Below are positions 23,258-37,400 of a stretch of DNA of 64,000 nt, in pieces. Position numbers and translations under genes: made by a program. Position 1 is the first letter of the stretch; every line of letters starts with the position of its first letter. The DNA is from Monocercomonoides exilis PA203. Taxonomy: Eukaryota > Protista > Preaxostyla. The stretch covers positions 248,001 through 312,000 of the forward strand of contig LSRY02000013.1 of assembly GCA_001643675.2 (NCBI GenBank). The letters run 5' to 3'. The notes under the pieces were generated by a model. That model made no database searches, was not told the DNA's origin, and was given only the letters and a program-made list of their open reading frames with translations.

Positions 23258-26200
23258 TTATTCATCACTTTCAACATCTAATAATTCGATATCTTCATCA
23301 CTTTCATTTTCTTCATTCAATCTTTGCTTGCTCCTTCTCTGAGGCTTGCTTCGTGATTTGTTTCCAATCTTTTTGTCAGGCTGTGAATCGCTCCAATCTC
23401 CCTCATCTGATTCATCTGCATTTTCACTGTAATTTTCCACCTCTTCCTCTTCGTCTGACTCATCGTCTGTGTAAAGTGGCTTTTGTTTCGGCTTCCTTTT
23501 CCTCAGATTTCGAGTCTCGCTCTTCTGCTGCTCGCTCTTGTCATTCTCCAAATTCTGTGCAAGTCGCGACTGCTGCGCACCTCCTCTCCCGCGGCCTCCT
23601 CTCCTCCCTCTTCCTCTCCCTTTTGGAGGATGAGCAGAATCGCCTTGCCCCTTCGCATCTGTCAAAAGTGCAGCTGGCTTATCTGCTGAAGCTCCATCGC
23701 CTTCCACCCCCTCCTTTCCGGCCTCTGCTTTCCTCGCTGCCTCCAGCTCGTCTGCTGCCAGCGGCTCCACTCTGCCTTCGCTGATTTCTGTGATGTACTT
23801 GTTCAGCTTCGTCAGGGCAGCATCGATGATCCCTTTCCTTTCTTCGCCATGGAACCGCACAAACTTCCTCACTTTTGTTGCTGTCTTCGCAATGTGCCTC
23901 GCAAACACCTGGTCAATCTGCGCGACCGAAAAGAACAGCGTCTGGCTGCTCAAAGCCTTCGTGAACGGGACAGATGAGCGGTCGCCGAAGGGAAGAAGCG
24001 ACAGCGTCAGCGCTAGCAGACGGAGTGTGTTGACAGACACAACTGCACCTGAGGCAGCAGACATAGCTCCATTTGGAGTGGGTAGCGATGGCGTTGAAGC
24101 AGGCGTGGGCGAGGCAGAAGGGAAGAGAGCTGACTCAGTCGTCGTCTGCAGCACAGAGGAAGGATGGGGCTGCATAAAGACAGCACTTGAGGACTCCTGA
24201 AGAGTGCCCTGTGGAACAAGAGGGGTGGGAACAACAAAAGTGGTGGAGGGAGAAAGAGAAGCTGTTGGCATGTTTGGAGAGGAAGAAGGGGAAGGCGAAA
24301 GAGCAGAAAATGAATGAGGAACAAAAGAGGCAGTGGGTGTTGGAGCAGGTGGCTGTATTGTCTTCATTGATGGAGAAAGAGACAGAGCAGGTGTAGTGGA
24401 AGGAGTGGGGTATGCACTCGATGCCTTGAAGCTGGCATCGTCTGCAGAGAATGAGCGAGAGTATGTTTTGATGGCTCTGATGATGCGCTCTGCCACAGAC
24501 GCTGTCTGCGACTCATTCAGCGACGCCATTTTGATCAGATGGTCAGCAATATGCTGATACTGGGCAGTGGTGATGCCGAGGAAGAAAGACGGTAGAATGT
24601 GTATGGACTCCACCCAGTCGTCTCTGCCGTAGTCTGAGGGCGTGCTGTCGTATGCAGACGGAGAAGGCGCAATAGACACAGACTCTGCTCTTGTGATGTC
24701 CATCGTCTCGTGCTTGGCAAGCGCTGGCCCTTCGCTCTCTTCTGCCTCTCTTCCACTCCTCCCTCTCTGGAACGACGTCTGTATCCCCGTGTGCAGATGC
24801 TGCCCAGACGCCAGCGAAACAAGCGTCTCTGCAAGCAGATTGTACAGCGACTTCCCTTCGTGTGCGAGTGTGTCGACCAGCTGCTCTGCCAGCCCTGCCA
24901 GCACCGCATCCTTCTCCACCAAGCACAGCGCCACAAACGGGAAGTGCATCCGCAGCTTCATCATCCCCGTGCGTGTCAGGCTGTTCACTGCCGAAAGGGC
25001 TGCTCTTCTGACAACAGCTGCCTCGTCGTGGATGCGAATGCACAGCAGATGCGCATACGGCGCAGCCAGCGACGGATAGCGCGTGAAGGCATCGGCAAGT
25101 GAGAGGCACATGTTTGCTCGTGTCTCGGGTGAGGCAGAGTCCTGAAGGAGAGTAAATGCCAGCTGCATGTTGTCGCTTGCATACTGTGGATCCAGCATTA
25201 TGAATGCGCTCAGTGCAGATGCTGCCAGCGTGGATAAAAGAGGAGCATAGCGTCCTCTGCTGATCTTCGGCTTCTCTTTCTTTGGCTGTTCTTTCTCCAT
25301 TTCATCTTCAGACACACTCGGAAGTGACACTTCTTCATCCAATTCTTCATCCATAGACAAAGCCTGAGAGGAAGGAAACGACTCTGCCAGAAGAGTGTTC
25401 ATCTTCTCGTTCTTCTCCTTGTTCCTCTCTTCAATCGCTGTCTGTTTCTCCTCCTTTTCGTACCAGCTCGGTGGCTGCATGTTCAGCCACACACACACTC
25501 CCCCAAATGTGTCCACAATAAGCTTCGCAAGCGAGCCAGGCGGTGCTGTCGCAATCTGCTGGGCTGGTGTGCTCTGCGTTGTGCTCTGTGTTTTGTTTGT
25601 GGAAGATGCATTCGCACTCATCCCGTGTGACATCACTCCTGTCAGCGCTGCTTCCAGTCCGCTGTCTTCGTCTGAATCTTCTTCCTCATCTCCCTCTCCT
25701 TCTCCCTCTTCTCCTTCTCCTTCGCTTTTGCCATCCAAATTGGCTTTTCCTCCTTTCTTTTTGTGATGCTGGCTGTGTTTCTTCGCTTTCTTCTGTTTCT
25801 TCTCTCCTTCTTCTTCATCCATTCCATCTGAATGCTGTCTGACATCTTCTCCTTCTCCTTTGATCTTCTTTCCCCTCTTTCCCTTTTTCTGCTCATCCTG
25901 CAAGCTCTGCTGATTCCCCTTCGCCAGCTCCTTCAGCTCTCTTCTCGACTGCTCTGCTGCTTTTCTCTCTCTCAGCACAGCATCTGCCAGCGCTATCCTC
26001 GACACCAGAAAGAGCAGCCGCCCCAAACACGCCGAGCCACACAGGGCGGTCTCTTTATTCGCTCTCTGCCTCCGAAAGACTGTCTGTGCCCAGAGTGGAA
26101 TGAAGCGGCGGAAGAGCAGCTGGGGGTCGGTGCAGACGGTGAAGACGGTGACGATTCCTTGCTGTGCCACAGACATCCACTCAGCAGCCGCAGAATGAGT

Positions 26201-29200
26201 CAGTTTTCCTGTGCAGAGAGAGAAGAGCGCGAAACAGGGGGCGAAAAAGCGGTGGTTGGTGGGAAGAAGAGAAGATGAGGGAGAGGCTGTGAATGAAGAG
26301 GAAGAGGAAGAAGATGATGATGAAGCTGAAGAAGCTGATGTGGATGCTTGAGAAAGAGGTGATGAAGAAGGAGGAGCAGACGAAGAAGGCGCAGACAGAG
26401 TGGCATAAGCCGAGTAGCTTTTCGAGATGAGTGTCAGTGCCAGCCGTGCTGCCTCCACCGAATTCGGAGGGCGCTGCAGAGCAGAAGAAATAAGACTCAT
26501 CAGAACACCCAAATTCATTCGGATCGTCACCAATGGCGTGTCTGCTGTTGTGCTGCTTCCTTTTCCTTGTTCTCCTGTCTTCGTTTTGAGCGCAGGGAGA
26601 ATCGCTGTGAGTGCTCTCAGCGCTGCCAGAAGCTTCTTCTCGTTCTCCTTCCGTTTCTCTTCTGCTTTCTGTTTGTCTGCCTCTGCTGCACTTTGCTCAG
26701 CTGCATTGTTATTCGCTTTCTTCAATGTTGATGCTTCCATATTGTTTCCATTGCCTTCGTTCACATTCACCATTGAGACAGTCTCTGATGATTGTGCACT
26801 TCCTTCTGCGTCTGCCATCTTCATCTCTGTCGAAACAAACTGACCTGCTTTGGCATCTGCACTTGCACTTGCACTTGTTGTTGATGATGTTGAAGAAGCA
26901 GAAGAAGAAGCAGAAGAAGAAGAAACAGAAGAAGAAGAAGAAGGAGCATTCTCTTCCTCATTCCACATCGATGGCTTGAATATCTTCACTGCTGACCACA
27001 GCGCATCGATAATCAGAGGCTTCAGCTCTCCCTTTTCAGCAAACGTTCTCAGAACAGTTTCCACAGCAAGCGCGTGCGATGGACTTAACTCACTGCACAA
27101 AGTGACAATTCCAGCTGCAATTGTTGCGCACTGCTTCTTCGTGATTGCCTGCACAACTGTTGAGCCAGTGCCACTTTGGCTGCTGCTGCTTCCTGTCTTG
27201 TCTGCTCCTTTCCCCCCTCTTTTCTCTTCATCGTCTTCATTCTCATCATCTGAAATCCCATCCCTGCTCTTCTTCTTCTGCTGCTGCCTCCTCTGCTGTC
27301 TCTTTCTCTCCCTCTCCCTCTCCTTCTCCTTCTCCTTCCCGCTCAACCCCACACCTGTTATGGATGCAATCGCTGCATTCTTCGTCGTGTACACCTCTGG
27401 CAGCCCCACCACCTCTCTGTAATGAGCCAGACACGCCTCCCTCATCGCTGCATCGGGTGACCACACAAGTGCTGCCAATGCATCGTCCACATGCGATTTG
27501 TACTGCTCAAAGCGGAACGGCCGCAGCGCCGTCGCCAGCTGCACTGCACTCGCCACGTCGGTTACAGACTTCGAGCGGAGCATGTGCGAAAGCGCGGGGA
27601 AAGCACGTGTTTCGATGAGGTCGATGAAGAGAAGAGAAGATGTGAGGTACTCTCGGGCGAGGAGACGACGGCGGAGGAGGTGGGGATCTTGGGGAAGGAG
27701 AAGGGGAGTTATGGAAGAGGAGGAAGATGAAGATGAAGATGAAGGGGATGATGAAGATGATGAAGATGATGCTGATGATAGTGCTGGATCAGATGACGAA
27801 GAAACAGAAGGTGATGAAGCCTTTGCAGACGCAGGAGAAGAAGATGAAAGAATCGAAGATGTTGTTGAAGTGGATGAGATGGACAAAGAAGACGACTTCA
27901 TTATCGAAGAGCGTCTGCGAGGCGAGCGCATCGGAGTGATTGTGAGGCGCCTGGCAATCTTCGCCACGTCTTTTTCTTTGTCTCCCGTCTCCTCGTCTGT
28001 CTCATCGTCGCTCTCTGTGTCTTCCAATCTGTCTGCTGCTCCGCCATCATCTAGCTCATCCACACCTTGTTGTGTCGCTGCATCCACAAGGCTCTCTGCA
28101 AACTCGTCTTCTGCTTGTTTCTCTCTCTTTTCTTCGTCTTCGGCACTCTCAACAACATCCATACGATTCTTCTGTGTATCTTCTTTGTTGTTCTCTTTCT
28201 CTTTTTCCTTTTTCATTTCGATCTCCTTCAACCTCCTTCTCTCAGCCTCCTCTTCCTCTTCCTTTCTCTTCATCGCTTGCTGCCTCTCCTTCTCTTCCTC
28301 CTCCTCCAGCGCCGTCAGAATGTCCAGCTGCTTTTGATACGCTGCCCGTGCCAGCGCCGCGCCAAACGGGTTGTTCTCCACCAGCTCCTTCACACACCCC
28401 GCAGCTGCTCTTCTGACAGCAGGCGTCTTGTCGTTCAGTCTGTCTGTGGCGATGGCAGTGGCAGAGGCATACAGGCGGTGGGGGATCGAGTGAGAGGCAC
28501 ACAGCTCAGCCCAGCAGTGCAGCACACGCGCACGCGCATAGGCAGACACGTCCATCACACGCTCAGTCAGAATAGAGAAGAGATTGTCGATTGTCGTGTT
28601 CAGCTCAGCCAGTCGCTTCTCTTCGGGTGATGATGAGGGATGGTCGGAGGCTGCAGACGAAGAGGAGGAAGAGGAGGAGGAAGAAGCAGATACAGAAGAA
28701 GAAGAAGAAAATGATGATGATGATGACAACGATGAAGACGAAGATGAGGAGGATGATGAAGAATTGGCACCAGCAGCGGAGTAAATAGAAGGCATTGCTG
28801 TTTCAAACGGGAGAGAGCTTCCAGAAGAAGACAGATTGAGTGTCAGCTGTCCTTTTTTGCTGTCTGCTCTTTGCTCATTTCCCTGTGCATTCATTGCCCC
28901 AGCCTTGTTTCCATTCCCTTCCTCACCCGATGCCTGTTCGCTTTTGTCTCTCTCATTGCCGCCTTTGTCCACACTCTGCCCAGACGCAGTGGAAGCAGAG
29001 ATGGCTTTGCTCAGCTGTGTCGCCTGCTGAGTGAGTGCTTTGATGAGCCGCATGCACATTTCTGCTATGCCGTTCCGCAGCTGATAGGAATCACTCCCAA
29101 AATACGGCAGAATCTCTGGGCAGAAGCGGAGCACAACAAACGGACACCGCCCAGCCAGTTCCGAAAGGAACAGCCCAACGCTCTTTGCTGCTGCGTCTGC

Positions 29201-30789
29201 CGTGTTGCCAATCAAGTCGTTTCCGTCTGACTCCTTCTTCTCTTTCTTCTTTCCTCGCCCTTCGCCTCCATCTCCCATGCCAGTAGCACCCGCTGCCAGC
29301 TCGTCCATCTCGTCTCCTTCATTCAGCTCTCTGTATTCCCTCTCCTCCTCCGCAGCTGCCTCCATCCCGCCCGCCTCTTCCCCCTCAGCTGTCGTCTGCT
29401 TTGCCTTCGCCTTGGCAGCGGCGCTGCTCTCCTTTTCGCTCTGCATCTTCGCCTCGATTCCGCCGAGTCCGCCAGGCATGTTGATCAGCTCAGTCAGCAG
29501 CGCATCCGCCAGCAGGCAGCGGTCAGACGTCGCATCAACAGCGCTTCCTGCACTGAACAGTTCCTCATCGGCACCATACCCTTGAATCGCAATCAGCGTT
29601 GTCCTCCGCTCAGCCCCGTCTTTTGCCAGTGCGCTCTCCATCATCGCGTGGCGGAGGTCGACCTCAGACATCTCAGACAGAAGCGTCGGAGCGTGCTCAA
29701 AGCGGAAGAGTAGAGAAGACAGCGTCGAGGTGAGGAACGGGTGCGCTCTGCCAAACCGGCCGTGGAGGAGGGTCGCCAGCGACACACACGCCGCCTTCAC
29801 TTTCGTCTTCCGCAGCAGCGCCGGTGACTGCAGGCAGTACATCGGCAGAGAGAAGACACAGTTGAGAAGTGGCTCTTCGATCTGCGATGGATGCGCTGCT
29901 GCTGACGAAGAGGAAGACGATATCGGAGCAGCTCTTCCTTGGACCTTCCACAGAGAGTTTTCAAGCTGCTCCAGCTCAAACACATCGTGAACTAAGTCAC
30001 AAATCCGAATAAAATGCCGATCAACCCAGTCAAATGACTCAAGCTGTGCAGCTGCACTTGTTCCTTTGAGATACCCATGCGCCGATCGAGAATCGCTCTT
30101 TCCAGAAAAATTCTTCCCTTTTTCAAAATCATCCATCGCCAAATCACTTAAATGGCACAATAAAAATATGTACATTTTTAAAGAGTTTCTTAAAATAAAT
30201 GCGTTTTGAAGAGTTGCTGGCTCAAAGTCAATTGTCTGTGTGGATTGAGAAAAAGTTTTTCTTCCTGGAAATGCAGTCATTCTTGGCGATAAAGGTGGCG
30301 AAATAACAGTCAAACGAGGAGATAATGGAGTGCTTATTTCATTATCCACAGTTCGTTCAAAACTTCGAATGTGAGTAATTATGGATTGAGAAAGAGAACG
30401 AAGACCATTGCACAATAGCTCAACGAGCTGGTTTTTTGAACGATTATCTATTGATTCAAATGACTCGATTCTAAGCATTGAGTACAGAGAATCAAACGTA
30501 GAATGCTCAAGTATTGCATGAGGACCGTTATCAGATATAGAATCTTTAAATGTGAAAAAATGTATTGAAATAAAAAATAAATAAATTTTTTAACGTTAAA
30601 AATTGGATGACTCAAATATCTTTCATGAAATTTAAAAATCAAACTTTCAATTTGTTCTAAGGTGGCAGAAATATCTGCAGCTGAATCAAAATCAGAAAGT
30701 GTTTCCACTTGAAATCGTTGTAAATCGTCTGTTCCAACGGCTAGCTCTTCATATTTCATAGGAATAATAAATTCCTCATTTTCAGACAT
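23258..30789 (-). CDS. NCAPD2: Condensin I HEAT subunit CAP-D2/Ycs4/Cnd1 (~2476 aa), one intron 30544-30644
   Basis: N-terminal EFIIP...FDSLYS after splicing. Conserved blocks ERVMDVSAYARARVL, RLNDKTPAVRR...LVENNPFG, LRSKSVTDV, and the Cnd1 domain RANMCLSLADAFTRYP...DEAAVVRRAAL...GMMKLR. Confidence 0.9.
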
Positions 30790-30983
30790 TGCTTTTTAAA
30801 GATTCTTCCTTCTTCTTTAGTTTTTTTTTGTAAATTAAGAATTAAATTATACCCTTTTTTTATTTTTCGAGAATAGTATTTCCACTTTAAATACTTTTGA
30901 AGTTCAAAAAGCATGAAATACGTTAATCAATAAAACAATAATTATCTAAAACTTAAATAGAAATAAATGAAAATGAAATGAAT

Positions 30984-32385
30984 TTAGAAAGCGACAGTTG
31001 ACAGCATTACTCCAAGCGTCTGACTTAAATTTGTTTCTATTGTTTGCGAGACTGCAGTGTCAAGCTGCTTTTTCGGATCAACTTTTCCAACCATCGCCAA
31101 TTCTGCATTGAAACAAATACAATAAATTTTTCCTTGATGAAAAAAAAAATTGAAGCAAAATTCGTACCTTGTTTTTCTTGACGTTTTTCAATAATTGCTG
31201 ATGTTTCTTCAATAATTCTCCTGTTGAACGAATCTGCAAGAGAAACCATTTCCTAAATCAAAAGTTTATATCATATAAATTTAATTTTAGTCGTTATAAA
31301 GGATTAAATACAATGAATATTAAATAAAAATTTACTCCATTGAATTACCTTCATTCTCTTTTCATTATCATCTTCAATTGATGTGAAACTTGCAATTTTC
31401 ATTCCTTCCATCCATTCCTTTTTCTTCAAATTCAACAGCATCTGTTCTTCAAGTGTATTCTTCCTAAATTCAATTGGCATTGAATAATATTGCCTCCCGC
31501 ATCCATGAACAAGAGCCTGAAAGGTTTTAGAAAATTTATAAAATTAGGAGGAAAAATCTAAAAATACAAAGCAAAGGCATACAACAAGCGATGGACGCGC
31601 AAGATGCCCTATGTTAGATGTGGTTTGACGCGGCTCTGCTCCAGTCATCATGGTCATTTGTGGGATGAGGCGAAATGCATCTGAAGAAAATTGCAGATAC
31701 GAGATGAAAATAATTAAATCTTGCTATAAATCATTTCATACCTATAACAACTTTACCCTTAACACTTTGCACAGGGTCAACAACAACAGCCACTGCGCGA
31801 GGATGTAATTTCTCAAAGCTCTGAATGACAAAATATACGGAGAAATAAAAAGACCTTTAAACATCAGTACAAACCTGCTGAGTATTCATATCCACTCCGC
31901 TAAGCCATGGACCAAAACCTGCATTAAAAAATATTCTCATTATTTGAGGGAAATGCAAGAAATAACAAATACAAAACCTGGATGAGAATGATACCATCCA
32001 ACAACAACCTCTGTACGCCCTGTAAGTTTAAGAAGATCAATCATTTTTTGCTGAAATACTTCGTCGACAGCTTCAACTGAAACTCCTGTCCCGCTCTGAG
32101 GCATAGCAAAAACATCATCAACGCGGATGGTGTAGTCCTTCAAAACAAAATATAAAAAAGATATAAAAAATATGAACAAATGCGCTACAAAAAGGTACAT
32201 ACATCTACAAACGACCCGAGCATTAGTCCCATGACTTCCAACGGAACACCTGCTCTTCCATGCTTAAGCATTTTAAGCAGTGCCAAAGAAGAAATTGTAA
32301 TTGTTTCCCCAACATCAGGAACTGGCTCGTCCATTCCTTGTTGTGCTTGTGGTTGCATTTGACTAATAAGCTTTGATAAATCCAT
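30984..32385 (-). CDS. RPN11: 26S proteasome JAMM deubiquitinase RPN11/PSMD14, 8 predicted exons
   Basis: [65 protein letters not shown] and [23 protein letters not shown] after removing 7 GT-AG introns. Confidence 0.97.
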
Positions 32386-33279
32386 TTTTGTTTATTTACA
32401 GTTATTTGATCAATAGTCTAACCATTATAATATGCATCAAACCATCGATCAGAATTCAGATTCATTTTTCACAAATTTTATTCCGCTCTTTATATTCCCA
32501 ACAATATTTTTGCGAAAGCTATTGTCCATGAAAATTAAAAGAAAGAAAGAAAGATCGATAGAATGATAGATGCACCATTTTTAAAGAAAAATTGACACAA
32601 AAAAAAAAAAAAAATTCAACTTTGAAATGGAAATTATTAAATTAAGTGGAATGAATAATATGTGTTTTGTGCATTCCATTCTCCAAATTTTTGTCTCAAT
32701 AAAACACTTCATCTTTCTATGTTCGTGAAAAAAGAATTTTCTCTTTCAGAAAACTCATTCATTTTCATCCTCAAAAAAATTTTTTTTCGGTAATTTTAAA
32801 AACGAAAAAAAGGCAAATGGAGAAAATCATGGTACCACATGATCATTGACCATAATTAATTAATGTTTTGTTAAGCATTCTTGTTATGTTTATTAAGCTT
32901 TTGAATTTGAACGAATTAAACAAGTTCATACAAGATTTTGTGTCAGTTTAGGGTCTTGTCGAGCAATATTTGGGTCAGAGAGAACCAAAAATAAATACTT
33001 TTTAGATGGAAATTACAAAAATAGTGTGATAGGTCATTTTGGGAGTAGGATTTTCTTTTCTTGCCAAGAAATACATATTCAAACGAAGAATCTCTGTTTT
33101 TCTAATTTCAACAAAAGAGACTTACGAGATTTTTTCCCCCAAAATATTTAATTAATCCTTAATAATCTCTTTTGATCAAATATCCGCTTTTGACCGTTCA
33201 TAATATTATTGTTCAAGAAATACAACGATTTCAAAAATATCACGAGAACAAAAACTTCGAGACGAAAGACTATCGTTTG

Positions 33280-34210
33280 AAGTGAGAAACGCCAATTCAT
33301 TATTAGAAAAAATAATTGCTGCTCTTGATGCTCTTCCACAAAAGGTTTGTTTGATATCAGAAGCGTTAAACATACCGACCTTGAAATTTTATAGCGCTGT
33401 CAGATGTTATTGCTTCGGACTTATTTGGAACGAAAAGGAAATTCACACAAGGCCTTGTTTGCTTAACTTTGAGGGTGAAGAAAAGGTGCTGAATATTGTT
33501 CACGAAAAATGTCAACAGCGTGATGGAATTTAATCACAGGAGTTGAGAGAAATCATTTATTCTGAAATGCAAATATGAAACCTGAAATCATTACAGATGT
33601 CACTTCACTTTGGACAAAATCCAGTTATCAAGCATTTCGATTGACAACATGAGCCATCTTCTCAAATAAATATGTCCGGATTCATTTCGAAGCACAAGTT
33701 GAAAGTTCTCTCTCCCTCTCATATAACTCCATCCAAATTGAATACAGCATTCATGTCTAACATAAGAGCATGGTTCAATTTTATGTTCAACAAAGATATC
33801 AAACCCTCTGCCAACAAGCTTAATATATTTTACTCAGACGAATGGAAAGCTGATATTTATTCTTCACAAAAATTATTCGTGCTTGCGAAGCAAAACGAGC
33901 ACCGACTTCCACAGAAGAACTCTCAATATATGGTATTTGAATAATGACAACAATTGAACAATTTTGTCTTGCGCCTCCACCATTCATCATTGTTTCTTCC
34001 TTTAAAACCGTTCCTTCTGAACTTCAAGAATTCAAAAAAGTAGGCTCATGTGAAATCCACGTCAAAACATCAGGATGGATGAACAGAAATGCTTCAATTT
34101 TTTATGCTGTTCATTTCTGTTCATGAAAACTATTTGCAGGTTGTTTGGAGTCATTCCTCCTGATTCTCTTGTTTTTTAATTCTTGATGGTCAACCATCTC
34201 GTCTTTGCAC
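33280..34210 (+). pseudogene. Decayed pogo/Tc1-like (DDE_1-type) transposase
   Basis: Broken frames containing PPFIIV, TSGWMNR and LILDGQPSR, resembling the SGWM...LLILDGHxSH motifs of DDE_1 transposases. Multiple stops and frameshifts; no TIRs found. Confidence 0.6.
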
Positions 34211-34452
34211 TTCAGTTTTTATTTTATTTTATTTAATTTAATTTTATTTAATTTAATTAAATTTTATTTTTTTAGACAGAAGAGGGTTCGAGTGATTTTT
34301 CAGGTCTCGGAGGTTTAAACACAATTATGCCTAACGATTACCATAGCTTTACACATTGCTCTGCATCATTTCATTATTCAGAAAAATAAAACAATAATGG
34401 TCAAAATGATCCACCCATTATTTAAGAATGCAAACAAACGATTATTAAAAAA

Positions 34453-37400
34453 ATGATATTCTCTTTGTTTTCAGTTTATTTCAACTTCATTTTCTCTTTG
34501 AATATTATTGAAAATGTCGAATGCCTCTCATCTTCGAAATCTTATCCAATGCCTTCCTGTTGTCATCAAAATTCACACATTTTTGATTTGCTGTCTCTTC
34601 AAGATTCAATCAATATCCAAGAATCACACGGAAAGTCTGAATGTTGCATGAAATCTCAATTTGCACTGTTAAATTCATCGCTCATCATCAATGACGCATC
34701 TTTCTGTCAGAATTCATTTTCTTCCACTTTCATATTAAGACTCACATCCAACTTGCGTTTGCATAGTTGCAGAGCGCGATCAAATAATGACCACATATCT
34801 TCACAAGTGTCATCCTGGGGAGGCTCCGTGGAGTTATTCAATTTCTCAATAGCATCACACACACATGTTATTCAACATCCTCTAACAATGAATTGTGAAG
34901 AAAGCTCGTTGTTCATGCTGCAATGCAAAGATTGCACTTTCAATTCATTGACAAATGTTCATGTTTCCTCATTTTTGGCAACTGGGCATGTCACACTTTT
35001 TGTTGCTGACGGATGCAGCTTTTCAAACATTTCTCACTCGCCCTCCCTTCCTCATCGCTTCACATCACATGCTACCCCATCAATTTGGAATTCGTGCCTA
35101 ATCCAGAACTCAAAATTATATTCATGCCCCAACGCCCAATATGGAGTTGTTGTCACACCAACACAGAATCTGATGACGATGATGAACACTTCGTTCTCTC
35201 ACTCTTCTGATACTCACTCCCCGACAAACGGCTCCATCAACAGCTATTCTTCAGGAGATGTCATAGCCTATTCAGTCCATTTTTCAAACATAAGTGATTC
35301 AAATCGCATGGGCTTGGCATTGAACATCGGTGGAAATGCCACTTTGAACGCTTCATGTTGTTTGTTCGAAATGATAAATGCATCAAATGATGCAAGCAAT
35401 GTGTATGGAGCAGCCGTGAGCCACAAAGGCGCTGGAGTTCACTATTCACACAAATGCAATTATACAAATTGTTCCTCTGGCTTTGCGGTCGGTGGATTGG
35501 ACGCTGAGACATCAACACAAAAAATGATAACTTCTTGCTTTTTTGATAAATGTGATGCACAATATTACTCTGCCTTTTTTTTTGGAAATGAAAATGGAGC
35601 ACAATTAATCAAAATGAACACTATTAAGAATTGTGCCGCAACGCATCACACAGCAGGAATAGGCATTTGCTTCTCCACTCATAGAACATGTATTTCTGAA
35701 TGTCATACAGTTTCATGTAACTCTTTCTCGGCTCTTGGAGCCATGAGCTTTGTGTGGTTACGCGAAAGCATTCCAGGTATAACGGCAATGATTCATTTTT
35801 GTTTTTTTGAAAAAAACACAATAGGAAACACATCTTATGGTTGTGATGTCTCGACAGATTCTTCCTATTATAATTCTAAAGTGATAAATGAATCGTTTGT
35901 TCACAGTTACTCCCTGAGTGATTGCCCGATTCGAGTGACAATTAATTCCATTGATCACAGCGACTGGCTTGGACGCCCTCAATCAACCATCCCAGTTGTG
36001 TTCGTTTCATCTGTGTTTGGCAACGATTCTCGAAGTGAATGTGGGTTCGGAGGCTTGCCCTGCAAAACAATCGAAAAGGGAATTAGCAAAAGGGTCCGTT
36101 CACAGCCGTTAGTGATTTCAGAAGGATCATACATCCACGGATCGATCCCTGTTGATGAAATGAATGTGAGTTTGAGAGGCTGTGAATTCGAAGAGTCGAC
36201 ACTGACTTCCAATGCAGTTTGGGATGGAAAAGCACTGTTTTCAGTATCATCTGGCATATTGTCTGTTTCATATTTCACTGTGGTGCACACTTCTTCGAAT
36301 TCGAATCCACAATCATCTGTCTTGATGATGAGTGGGAGTGGGCGAGTGACAATACACTTTTCAACAATAAAGGGAGAAGCATCCCCAGCAACGACTTTTT
36401 CAACTCCTTTGATGATTGTTAATGGAGGTCTGGCAGAACTTGCTTCTGTTTGCTTCACAACTTTCAGCAACGAAAAGCAACTGATATCGTTTTCCTCTCC
36501 AAATTATCTGAAAATGAGCGATGTGACTTTCAACACAATCACTCGACAAAGCGGAAATGGCGCAATATTTGAAGCACAACTTTTGGATGGAAATGAGTTT
36601 TGCTTGTCAAATGTTTCTTTTGCAGATTGCTTGTGCCTCAGAGGAAACGGGGGTGGGATGCAGATACACATGGAACGTGGATCATCGTTTTCAATAGGAA
36701 ATGCATCTGACATAGGAGCAACAGCCAAGATGAACAACTGCCAGGCCATAGGTTCTTCGGTGAGTCCAAGCTGTGGAGGAGGATTGCTCATAAAGCTTGA
36801 CAAAGATGCAGACAACTTTCTTTTGAAGCAGCTGGCGTTTGAAGGGTGCATGGCCGATCAGGGAAACAATCTATTTGTCGATGCCTGGCAGCTGGACAAA
36901 TTGATAAATACCACAACCCTTGAGTTTGGGCCAGGACGCAATGATCTTGATGGATATGCTGGATATGAGAGATCAACAGCTGGAGAAACATTGTCTATCC
37001 CTCTTGTGGTTTATCTGTGGGATAACATGTCTGCATTTGCACATGTTGGTGGAGAGAAAAGTGCAGATTTCAGCAGGTGCGGGTATTCTGAGGTCCCATG
37101 CTCATCAATTATGTCTGCAGCCTCTCTTTGGTTCAAAGACAGCAACCGTTTTGTTGAGCTTCATTCTCCCTTTTCCCTCAGATCTGAATTGCTTCTTGAT
37201 GCTTTCGAATGGACAATAATGTCAAGAGTTGGCAAAGTGACGATTGGTCTGGACGATTGCAATTTCAGCGGTGAACAAGCAGGGATGATTGAAACGGTCT
37301 CAAAGTCGGCGCTCACAAACTTCACTTTTGCACTGCCAAAGAGCATTGGCTTCAAAGAGGCATTGATTGTGTGCATGTCTTCTTCGCTGAGTGTCAAAGG

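Noticed and set aside
23353-29990. Many antisense and off-frame ORFs over CAP-D2 and the receptor genes
   Set aside because: Shadow ORFs expected from GC-rich, low-complexity coding DNA.
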